Shown here: piece by piece, positions 1-10,813 of the stretch
How positions within the stretch are numbered: position 1 is the stretch's first letter
How the letters are laid out: each line of letters starts with the position of its first letter
DNA from: Pseudovirgaria hyperparasitica
Taxonomy: Eukaryota
Strand: one strand, 5' to 3'
DNA: 20,000 nucleotides
NCBI GenBank assembly: GCA_010093815.1
Contig: ML996587.1
Program-made: the position numbers and the translations under genes
Notes under the pieces: model-generated
Databases searched by the model: none
Seen by the model: only the letters and a program-made list of their open reading frames with translations
What the model was told of the DNA's origin: nothing

Positions 1-2015
1 TTATTAATAGCTAGAAGGTATATATTATTAGCGTATTCTACTATCTCTATATATTATATTCTCTATAGAAGGTCTATAGTAAAGAAGAGGAAGAGAATTA
101 GAGAGATAGTACTTCCTTATAGAATACTATATATTATCTTCTTATATTTACTTTAATATCTAGAGATATATATCTAGGTAATTCTTTTAGTAAGAAAGGA
201 CTATATAAACTTTATAATCTATTCGGGTATACGTCTCTTCTATAGGTTATAGATAAGTCTTATATAGTTTATCTTATTAAATATACTAGCTATATTAAGG
301 GAGAGTAATATTACTATACGTCTCTACTTCTATATAGTCTAAATAACTTTAAGAATATATTAGATAGTAGTAATTAGAGAGCTTCTAGTCTTCGCCTTCT
401 AGTTTACTAGAAGAAGATTATATTCTTATACTATAGTACTTATCTTCTTTATAATTATAGCCTTAAGTATCTTACTAAGATAAAAGAGAAGGGTAATTAG
501 TCTCTATCCTTTTAGAGAGTTAGAGTTCTTCTCTAGCTTTAGAAGTATAATAGTATAGATAGTCTAGAAGCTTTAGGGGTAGTATCTATTCTTAGTATAT
601 ATCTAGAAGATAAGACTAATAAGTAGTAGAGTTATCTATATAGTATATTTAAGGTATCTATTTAGTATTCTATCTAGTCTAGATACTTTATTATTTAGAA
701 GTACTTTAATAGTATTAAGTATATTCTCTTCTATAATCTCTATAGAGATATTAACTATATCTAGATATATAGTATCGTTAATATCTAATAGGTCTACTAG
801 CTCTAGAGAGGGAAATATAACCTTTTAGAGGATCTCTATCTTCTTAGAACTTATAGTATATATTCTTCCCTAGTATATTAGAGAAGATATTAGGAGTAGT
901 AGCGTTAGTATATCCACGCTCTTAGCCTACTTTACTATATACTATAGCTCTATAGCCTATTATATATACTTATTAGTAATTATATACTAGTATTTATATT
1001 ATTTATTATAGAGAGCTCTATTATAAGATTAGATTATCTCTTTCTATTTCTTCTATACCTTAGCTATCTAGATATAGTATACACGTATATATAGTCTCTA
1101 GGCTTTCTATCTACTTTTATATATTTAAGGTATACCTCTTATATCTAGAGACTTATATATTTAGTATAGTATATATTTATCTCTTAAGTCTTAGAAGGCT
1201 TAAAGAAGAACTTATATAGCTCTATCTATAGCCGGGCTATTAGATATATTAACTATAGAGAGATATAGAATTACTAATTCTAGGTCCTCCCTATACTTCT
1301 TCTAGTTAGTATCTTTCTATAGCTATCTCCCCCTTTATTTATTAGATATAGATATATCTATTATAGTCTCTATATACTTATGGTTAGAGTCTATCTATAT
1401 CTTACTAGGGCGGTAGTATTCTACTCTATAGCTTATATATTCTATAGCGAGAGTAAGGTCGAGTATAGATCCCTTCTTATTCTATTTATACTTTCTCTAT
1501 ATAATCTATCTAACTAGTATAAGAAGATATAGAAGGTCTTAGTATCTTATATATAGTTCACTCGCCCTAAGCTCTTCTCTAATAACTATTAGGCCTCTCT
1601 ACTATCTATAGTAGAGGTTAAAGTCGCCTAGAAGGATATATTATTCTAGTACTATAATACTCTCTAGTATAGTATCTAGTATAAGTAATTCTCTCTAGTT
1701 ATAGATATTATAGATATAGAGAGGCCCTATATTTATCTAGAGATATAGTATTATCTAGAGGTTATCTCGGTCTATATAGAACTATTCTAAGAGCGGGATT
1801 AATTTACATATATAGAATAGAACTCTTCTATCTAGGTCTAGGAGGTAGATAGTATAGTATTCTAGGTGTGTCGTTAGTTTATTAGTTTAGTAGTATTTAT
1901 ATAGCTTCTAGATAGCTATTATCGCGGTATCTATCTCTTCTAGAAGTATAGTCTAGTTTTCTTATTTATATTATACGTTTACCTATATAATAATAAGTAT
2001 ATCTTAGCTTCTTAT
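1..2015 (-). pseudogene. LINE ORF2 (apurinic-like endonuclease + reverse transcriptase), RIP-degraded, partial
   Basis: Minus-strand motifs: I*VNV...IIAI*KL (IQVNV/IIAIQEP, ~1990-1905); ILLGDFNLYY (GDFNLHH, ~1637-1608); KG*RLITLL (KGWRPITLL, ~512-486); LLSLNIASIFNKINY (LSLDIAGAFDKVNH, ~308-264); IL*GSTISLILFLFF (GIPQGS, ~125-80); YANN (YADD) at 35-24. The inferred start (2015), GDFN and YANN are in one frame. Confidence 0.9.
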
Positions 2016-3487
2016 TAGATACTAGGGAATACTTAAGTCTATATACTAGTAGTATTAAGGCGTAACTATCTCTATATAGTAGCTACCTTAAGGATACCCT
2101 AGGGTCGCCTAATCTTCCTCTATATAGTATACTATTATATATTAGTTCTACTCTCTTATAGATTAGTAGATATAGTTATAGATAAGGTTAGAGTAGATAG
2201 TAGAGGCCTTATAGCCTAGTATATCTACCTTACTTCTCTCGCCTTTATAGCGTTAATATACTTAGTAACTTATTTATATTTTATATATATTACTAACTAG
2301 AATAGGTATTTTCTATTATAGTTAGAGTACTTAGTAGTTTCTCTATCTTATATACTATTACTCTAGGTCCTATAGGGGTATTTCTAGGTACTATAGCTTT
2401 AATAATACTAGCTATATATAGCCTTTTAAGAGTACCTCTACCTAGTATATCTATACCCTTAATAGTTAAAGTATTAGATTATTATCTATACTTAGTTCTA
2501 TAGTTCTACTATAAGTAGTTCCCCTTTAGCTAAGAAGCCTTTCTATATAATCTTATAGATAAGAGCGGGGTCCCTAAGCTCTACTATTATAGTAGAGTAT
2601 TTTTTTAATTTTATCTTAATTCTCTATATATTTTTCTACTATATCTTTATAATCTTAATTCTAGGGTATTTTTAGTTATTAGATCTCTCTATTTACTTAA
2701 TATTATTATCTCTAATAACTTAGCCCTAGATAGAGATAGTATATATCTATATTAGGTATATATTTATATAGATAGACGCGCTAGAGAAGATATTATTTAT
2801 TATGTTTAGGTTATAGAAGATAGTCTACTAGACTATATTAGTAGTAGTTATTAGTACTATACCTTCTAGAGTAAGTTCAGCTATAACTATATTTAACTAT
2901 ATTTCTTTCTATTTATTAATTTTATTAATAATATTCTTTAGGGACGTCTACTAGACTTATATAAGTACTTTCTTATTCTAGATAGTAACTTATATACTAT
3001 ACGCTCCTCCCTTAGATATCCTTAGTATCTAGACTATCTTAATTATACTATCTATTAGTATAGTAATCTGTATCTATATACTAGAGCGTTTCTTCTAGAT
3101 AAGGCCCTCCTAGATTCTTAGTAGACTAGCTTTAATTTAGTCTAGTCTAGACTCTAGACTTACTTCTAGCGTCTATTTTACTTCTATAGTAAGCTCCTTA
3201 ATATTCTAGACTAGACTCTAGAAGATATTAAGAAGAGTAGTCTCTTCTTTCTTAACCTCTCTCTCTATATATACTATCTAGTATTTAATCTTATCTATAA
3301 GGGTATCTCTAATTGGAGTCCTCTCTATCTTAGTTATCTATAGTATTTTATACTCTTAGTTATTTTCTATTTTTTAGATATTAGATTAGTTATTCTAGAA
3401 TATACTACTATATAGCCGTTTCTACTATACTAATAGTAGAGGTATATCTAGTAGAAGCTAGGGTATATTAGTACCTAAGGCCGCTAT
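2015..3487 (-). pseudogene. LINE ORF1 (gag-like nucleic-acid-binding protein with CCHC zinc knuckles), RIP-degraded
   Basis: The frame from ATA (inferred ATG) at 3487 to TAA at 2017-2015 is 490 codons. It contains I*YFNY*GYRY (IQCFNCQGYGH after reversing RIP) from 2479 and further Y-for-C/H knuckle patterns to ~2375. Confidence 0.75.
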
Positions 3488-3489
3488 AG

Positions 3490-3522
3490 TTTATTAGTTA
3501 AGGGCTACCCTTAACTAATAAA
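3490..3522. repeat. Palindrome/hairpin with 15-bp arms immediately upstream of LINE ORF1
   Basis: tttattagttaaggg-cta-cccttaactaataaa; its 31-bp core recurs at 19578-19608. Confidence 0.9.
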
Positions 3523-3768
3523 AAGAGAGTTAGCGTGTTAGTATTTATTAGTAGTAGTCTATACTTACTACTCTAAAGAGTTTTTAAGTATATATATATA
3601 GTATCTCTATACGTTAGTACTATTATATATTATATACTATATATATATATATGTATTAAAGGTTATTATACTCGGTATACTCTATTAACTAATATATATA
3701 GATTACTATATCGCCCCGAATTAACTAGTTTTAGTCTCTTAGAGTATTAGAAGTTTAATTCTTATATA

Positions 3769-5123
3769 TTATTAATTATATAAGTAATCTTATATAGATC
3801 TATTATTATATAGTAAAGCTTCTTCTTTAGTCTAATACTATAAATATTCTTACTATTTAGTAAAACTTAATCTCTAATATTAAAGATTATAGGTTTTCTA
3901 CCCTTATTATAGTATAATTTACTATAATCTATAGTATCTTATAGTAACTTTATAATACTTCTTTATATTTAGAATAGTTCTATAGTAATTTCTATTACTT
4001 TAATATTAGATTATTCTACTTTAAACTATATTTCTAAGAACTATATATTATAGTTCTAACTAAAGGTTACTTTAAATAAACTTACATAGATTAATATATA
4101 ATAGCTATTATTATATATAAATTCTATAATATAGACTAATCTTATCTAGTTATTCTACTTATAGTTATAATATATATATAAATATACCTTAACTATCTAA
4201 TTCTACTACTCTATCTATCTATCTATTTATAGATAGAATATAGTACTAAGTTTCTACTTAATTCCTAGTATATAGTAGAAATCCTTCTAAAATTTAGAGA
4301 TTATCTATAGACCTCTATCTAAAACTATACTATTTAGTATACTATAGAGCTAAACTATATTATAGAGTAGTATATCTATAAGATCTAGTACTTAGATTAT
4401 CTTTCTTATAGAAATATAGTATAATATCTTTATAAATCTATCTAGAACTATAAGTAAACTATTATAAATATATCTAAGATACTTACTTAGGGGTAGATCT
4501 ATAATAAAATCTATTAATAATTTCTTCTATATCTTCTTTAGTATAGATAATAGCCTTAATTTACTATATAGTAAGTATCTATATACTTTTATATACTAGT
4601 AAACGTTATATATTTTTATATAGTCCTTTATATATCCATAAAGACCTAGCTAGTTATATATTCTTTAGATTAAAATAACTATTCTTATAATACTAAAGTA
4701 TTCTACTAATATATAATTATATTATTCCCTTAAAATATTAATTTATAAGCCGCCTTCTAGTATATATAGTTAGCCTTAGAAGTAGATTATATCTAATTAT
4801 TATTTCTACCTTAATAACTATAGTAGATCTATAGTACTTCCTTTTATACTTATAACTTTCTTTACTAATATATTAGAATTCTAGGTAGATTTAATTAAGT
4901 CTTTAAGGGTTTTCTTAGTTTCTTAGATATTTATTTAGATTACTTAATACCTACTTTAATTCCTACGGAGAATTACTAAAAGTATCCTAGCTTCTAGTAT
5001 TCTATTAGATAACTAGTCTTATAGTATCTATAGTATAGTATAGTCTAGATTATACTAACTATCTATATTATTCTATAATAATTTCTTATAATCTTTATAC
5101 TATAATGGAGAATTAGCTTTATT
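3769..5123 (-). mobile_element. Gypsy chromovirus copy B, distal part (end of RNase H region and integrase), ending at ~3769
   Basis: Reverse complement of copy A 8685-10039 with no net length difference; more heavily RIP-mutated than A. Confidence 0.92.
5119..5123 (+). repeat. Left 5-bp target-site duplication (TTATT) of copy A; right copy at 12508-12512
   Basis: Junctions are gctttatt|tgttagg and tcttaca|ttattctctc. Rejoining them restores the family pol sequence (reverse complement of gagagaataaagc at ~8680-8692). Confidence 0.93.
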
Positions 5124-5351
5124 TGTTAGGACTTAGCCTTAGATAGAACCCGACCTACACGTACCTTAGCTAACAGGGATAGGAGGTGACGTGAAGGGCG
5201 GTAAACAGTCACGTGCTAGATAGATCGGCGTCCCTTTATGTATATACTCTCGGATTCCTACTAAAAGGGTTTGGTAGTAATTCGTTCTATAATAGAATAC
5301 ACCCTATTATTCCATCTAACTATACTACTATCTAATAACCCTATTCTTACA
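5124..5351 (+). repeat. 5' LTR of copy A (228 bp)
   Basis: tgttagg...tcttaca; direct repeat of 12280-12507. About 18 differences by eye, all but one of them transitions. TATA-like tract at ~5237-5246 and CACGTG at 5210-5215. Confidence 0.96.
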
Positions 5352-5353
5352 TT

Positions 5354-5362
5354 CGAATTACT
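5354..5362 (+). promoter_or_regulatory. Putative self-priming primer-binding site (Tf1/sushi type)
   Basis: CGAATTACT, starting 3 nt after the LTR end, is the exact reverse complement of AGTAATTCG (5276-5284), which lies ~30 nt downstream of the TATA-like tract. Confidence 0.7.
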
Positions 5363-5376
5363 CCCTATATAGTACT

Positions 5377-6699
5377 ATAGTTAAGATAGTCTAACTAGAA
5401 CCGAGAAGGTCGACACGATCCACTATAGGGATAAGTAATACTATATTAAATAATAGGGATCCTCTATAATCGGTATTAATCCCGGCCGTTTCTAACCGAG
5501 AAGTGGAAATATTAGACTAAATCACGGAGCTTTTAGACGAAGAAATGGTAGATACGCCGAGTAACTTCTAATAATATAAAGCCGGATAACGAGTCGTGGC
5601 GGAGCCACACGAGGTATCATAATAAACCATTACCGAACTTTAGAAATATATCGTAAATTAGGCTCGAGAGATTCAAACCCTTAAAGAATAGATAGAACGT
5701 GCGAAACTCCTCGCAAAGAGACAAGAACTTAAGGAGTCTCTTAAAGAACTACGCCGAACGATAGTAGGTGGACGACTTCCTATACTAATTCAGGCGGAAT
5801 TAGTTTACCCACCATTAGAGTTACGACAATCTACTATATACCTAGCCGCTTCGTTACCGATTTACCCTACTCCTTCCCTAGATATACTAAAACCTAAAGA
5901 CCCGACTATATTTATAGGGAAGAACTAAAAGGAGTAGAAAGACTAGAAGAGAGACTACGAAAAGTACTTCCTTAATAACTCTCTACTCTTTTCTACTAAA
6001 GTATAACACATTTCGTTCGGAGAACGATACCTAGACTTATAATCCCGCGATCAATAGGATAGATAGAAGGAAGTATAGCTACTATCTACGATAACCTAGG
6101 AATATTTAGCTATATTTATACTAAACACCCTCGGAACGGATAGAGAACGTAAAAGAAAGGTACTATCTAAGTTAAGAAGCGTAGCATAACGACCGAACTA
6201 GACACCTACTTAACTACTATAATACCTCTAAAACCTATAGAATAATATCCCTATACTATAGGAAAATATTCGTATATTCTAGTTTCGCAAAGTACTACTT
6301 CCATTAATCCGCGAAAGACTAGGAATAGTATTATTAAGTTTTAACTATCTACACGAATTAGAGGAGAAAGCTAATAAACACTACCGTATCCTTAAGGAAC
6401 GCGGCTCTCTAGGTAAAACTAACGAACCCTATACGGGTTAGAAACGAGGTCGATCGAATACGTTCGATTAAGAGTAACCTTACCGCGATTAGTACTAGAA
6501 GAGCGTAAATCGAGGTAGAAACGCGTTAAGAGGACACCGAAATAATCGAGGCGGTGCTTCTTAACGCGGAAAAGGATAAGATATAGGCTTAAATATAACG
6601 CCTATCGTAAAATAGTAGGATTATAGCGCACTTCGTTACTATAAGTATAGAGAAATAGAATATATTTCACCTAACTATAAGAATCTAAAAAAAGAATAG
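5377..6699 (+). pseudogene. gag: gag of copy A with C-terminal CX2CX4HX4C knuckle, RIP-degraded
   Basis: One frame from ATA (inferred ATG) at 5377, containing KPKDPTIFIGKN*KE*KD*KRDYEKYF and RYYKYREIEYISPNY (RCYKCGEIGHISPNC) at ~6634-6678; ends AAA AAA GAA TAG. Confidence 0.85.
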
Positions 6700-9600
6700 A
6701 CTAGTACACGAGACCTAACCACGTCCTTAGCTAAATTATATATACTTAGAAGGAGCCGTAGCGCCTTCCGGCGAGTAAAGATCTAATATTACTAAAGATA
6801 TTATTATCTATAGTAAATAGTAATAAAACTATATAGGCTCTTATAGATACTAGTATAGAAGATAACTATATTTCGTTAATTCTTATAAAGACGTATAGAT
6901 TATCGTACGATCTCGGTAAAGTTAGCCGAACTATCGTAGTTAATAGATATGAAGTTAGAACTTTAGGCAAAGCTATAACGAATTACGAAGTTTATAACTC
7001 GAAGATAATAAAATAGTAGATGTCTAATAAATTTATCGTGGCTAATATTAGCTAATAGAATATAATTCTAGGGATGCCTTAGCTTAGACGCCTAAACCCT
7101 ATCCTTGATTTTTAGAAGGAGATATTGACGTTCCGATAATACTATAGTAAATTATACTAGTAAGTCATAACTATTAGTAAGGAGGCATTGAACCTCGCTG
7201 TACGGACCCGATCGTCGCTAATCTATCTTACGTCCTTATCGATCGTTAATAAAGATAAGGATAATAGTAATAATCGGGGCGAAGACACGCTACCCAACGT
7301 ATATTCGTAGTATATGGATGTGTTTTCGGTAGAAGATACGTCACTTCTCCCTAATCACGGGCCGTATAAGCTAAAGATCGAGCTCGAAGAGGGAGTAGAC
7401 GTCCCTTATAGTCTACTTTACCTACTTTCAAGACTAGAACTTAAAGTTCTTTATAAATATATTAAAGAATACCTCGAAAGAGACTAGATACGTTATAGTA
7501 CGTCATCGGCCGGTATACCTATTCTCTTCATAAAGAAGAAAGACGGAAGTTTATATCTATACGTCGACTATTAGGTACTAAATACGGTGACTAAGAAGAA
7601 TCGTTACCTATTACCGCTAGTTAGTAAATCTTTAGACTAATTAACGAAGGTAAAGTACTTTATAAAGCTAGATTTATAAGATATATATTACCGGCTTTAA
7701 ATTCGTCGCGGAGATAAGTGGAAAACCGCATTTCGGACTAGATATAGTTATTTTAAGTATACTATTATACTATTCGGGCTAATAAATGTGCTAGGAGCGT
7801 TTTAAGGATATATTAATACTATACTCGTAGGATTACTTAACGTGATTTACGTAGTTTATCTCAATGATATACTAATTTACTCCGATAGTATATAGGATTA
7901 TAAAGGACACGTGAAATCGGTGCTAAATCGTCTAAGGTAGTATAAACTCTACGTAAAATTATCTAAATGCGAGTTTCACTAATAAGAAGTTGGGTTTCTC
8001 GGCTTTATTATAATATATGGCGGCCTAAAAATGGAGCCGGAGCGTGTAAAGACTATCATAGAATAGCTAGAACCTACTACTATACGTTAAATTAGAATAT
8101 TTATAGGTTTCGTGAACTATTATCGTAAATTTATTATAGACTTCTTACGAATTACGGCGCTACTTAATAAACTTATAGAGAATGGCGGTAAAATTCCTAT
8201 AGATAGGCGAGTATAGCGTAAAGCTAAGTCGGTCGAGATATAGTTAACGCCGGAAGCGCGAGATGCGTTCCGATCATTAAAGAATTACTTTATAACTACG
8301 CCGATTCTTAGGTATTTCGATTCTAAGAAGTATATTCGGGTCGAAACTAACGCGTTAGAATTCGTAATTACTAGAATCATTAGTTAACCGTATAAAGATG
8401 CGAAAGACAAGGTATAATAGCACCCGGTCGCTTTCTTTTCCCGTAAAATGGCGGATATAGAGACGCGTTATAATACGCACGACTAGGAACTACTTATAAT
8501 CGTCGAGAGTTTTAAGTAATAGCGATATTATTTAGAAGGCTCCGTATATTAGATCGAATTATTATTAGATTATATAAATCTACGTTACTTTATATCGACT
8601 AAGGTCCTTAATCACTAATAAGTACGTTAGGCTAAGTAGATATTAATATTTAACTTTAACATCTTATATAAAGCTAGAAGAGAGAATAAAGCTAATCCTC
8701 TATCGCAGCATAAAGATTATAAGAAATCGTTATAGAATAACGTAGATAGTTAGTGTAAGTTAGACTATACTATACTTTAGATACTATAAGACTAGTTATC
8801 TAATAGAATACTAGAAGCTAGGACACTTTCGGCGATTCTCCGCGGGAATTAGAACGGGTATTAAGTAATCTAAATAAACGTCTAAGAAACTAAGAAAACC
8901 CTTAAAGACTTAATTAAATCTACCTAGAATTCCGATATATTAGTAAAGAAAGTCATAAGTATAAAAGGAAGCGCTATAGATCCGCCGTGGTTATTAAGGT
9001 AGAAATAATAATTAGACGCGATCTACTTCTAAGGCCGACTCTACGTGCCGGAAGGCGGCTTACGAATTAATGTTTTAAGAGAATAGCACGATTACGCGTT
9101 AGTAGGGTACTTTAGCATTATAAGGACGGTTAATTTAATCCGAAGGATATACGACTAGCCGGGTCTTTATAAATATATAAAAGACTACGTAAAAATGTAT
9201 AACGTTTACTAGTATACGAAAGTATATAGATACTTACCATATAGCGAATTAAGGCCATTACCTATACTAAAGGAGGCATAGAAGGAATTATTAATGGATT
9301 TCATTATAGATCTACCCCTAAGTAAGTATTCTAGATACATTTATAATAGTTTACTCGTAGTTCTAGATAGATTTATAAAGATATTATACTATATCCCTAT
9401 AAGGAAGACGATCTAAGCACCGAATCTTATAGATATACTACTCTATAACGTAGTCCGGCTCTACGGTATACTAAACGGTATAGTTTCGGATAGAGATCCG
9501 TAGATAACGTCTAAATTTTAGAAGGATTTCTACTATACGCTAGGAATTAAGCGGAAACTTAGTACTATATTCCATCTATAAATAGATAGATAGACGGAGC

Positions 9601-10457
9601 GGTAGAATCAGATAGTCGAGGCGTATTTACGCGTATATTATAACTATAAGTAGGATAACTAGGTAAGGTTAGTCTATGTCGCGGAATTCGCGTATAATAA
9701 TAGCCGATATACGTTAACCCACGTGAGTCTATTCGAAGTAAACTTCGGTTAGAACCATAATATATAGTTCTTAGAGACTTAGTTTAAAGTAGAATAACCT
9801 AACGTTAAAGTAATAGAAATTACTATAGAACTATTCTAAACGTAAAGAAGCGTTATAAAGTTACTATAAGATACTATAAATTATAGTAAATCGTATTATA
9901 ATAAGGGTAGAAAACCTATAATCTTTAATGTTAGGGATAAAGTTTTACTAAATAGTAAGAATATTCGTAGTATTAGGCTAAAGAAGAAGCTTAACTATAT
10001 AATAATAGGTCTATATAAGATTACTCGTGTAATTAATAACCAGGCGTACGAGTTATAACTCTCTCCTACGTTAAAGATATATAATATATTCTATATTACG
10101 CTTCTCGAGCCATTTCATGCCTTATTATTACCGGATCGTTCCGAATAGATACTATATAAAGTAGTTACGTAAGAAGGTATAGATATCTACGAAGTTAAGT
10201 AGATACTTAGCTAGTAACGTGCCGAAGATAGTACGTAGCTATATAAGATTCGTTAGAAAGGATATAATTCTAATAAAGATACTTAGGAACCTATAATAAA
10301 CATTAGTAAAGTAGCGATATTAGTATATAAGTAGTAATTAGTAAAGGAAGCCGCGGAATCGCAGAGAATTATACTAAAGTACAGCGATTTAACGTTTTTT
10401 AGTATAGTTTAGCGCTAAGGACGGCCGCCTAAAAGGAAGAAGGTGAAAGAGATATAG
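6690..10457 (+). pseudogene. pol: pol of copy A: protease, reverse transcriptase, RNase H, integrase, chromodomain; RIP-degraded
   Basis: Frame is -1 relative to gag. Motifs: ALIDTS 6837; KWKTAFRTR ~7717; VVYLNDILIYS 7851; VETNAL 8340; H..H/C..C zinc region 9081-9210; MDFIIDLP ~9294; IVSDRD 9480; FHL*IDR*TER*NQ ~9570; IGLYKI (GPY) ~10005; YEVK*IL...YKIR*KGY...T*EP (chromodomain) 10188-10293. The end position is approximate. Confidence 0.95.
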
Positions 10458-10813
10458 ATCTTTAAAACATTCTAAGGAATTAAGGAACTTCCTTAGAAAG
10501 TTCGAACTTAGAACTTTAAAAAATTTAACTAAAAAAGAGACTTAGAAAAATGATTTACTAAGAGAAATAGACATTAAAAATCGGTGCCGATTGGTATAGA
10601 TCGGTATAGATTACTAAAGAGATTAAAGAAGTTATTATTAAAGAAAGATGAAATTAAGAAAGCTAGAAGAAAATATAAAGATCTATATAGATCTATGTAA
10701 ACTCACACTAATCTATCTAGAAGAAGCAAGATCGCTTTAAAATTAAAACCGAAAAACCAAAAACGCTAGATAAAAGAGATATATTAGTACCGATTGGTAT
10801 AGATCTAAACTAT

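Larger units (their letters stand above)
1..3768 (-). mobile_element. Tad1-like non-LTR retrotransposon (LINE), RIP-inactivated, 3' part outside the window; 5' boundary uncertain (3522-3768)
   Basis: Two minus-strand frames: a gag-like ORF1 with CCHC knuckles and an ORF2 with AP-endonuclease and RT motifs. Homology to the gypsy family starts at ~3769. Confidence 0.85.

Noticed and set aside
3490..3522. Helitron 3' hairpin or rho-independent terminator
   Set aside because: No Rep/helicase sequence or appropriately placed element terminus was seen. The hairpin is tied to LINE ORF boundaries in fungal DNA.
3589..3652. (TA)n microsatellite or functional AT repeat
   Set aside because: The runs are short and imperfect, as expected from RIP of CA/TG-rich sequence. 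Similar runs occur throughout the window.
5377..10457. Alternative genetic code (TAA/TAG read as Gln) explaining the many in-frame stops
   Set aside because: Stops also replace Trp and Arg codons, D>N and C/H>Y changes hit catalytic motifs, and copies differ at these sites. This pattern is RIP, not recoding.
10766..10813. Fourth intron of the antisense gene (ACTAAT...TCTAG acceptor on minus)
   Set aside because: Branch- and acceptor-like signals exist, but I could not place a convincing donor shared by copies A and C, so it is left out of the gene model.
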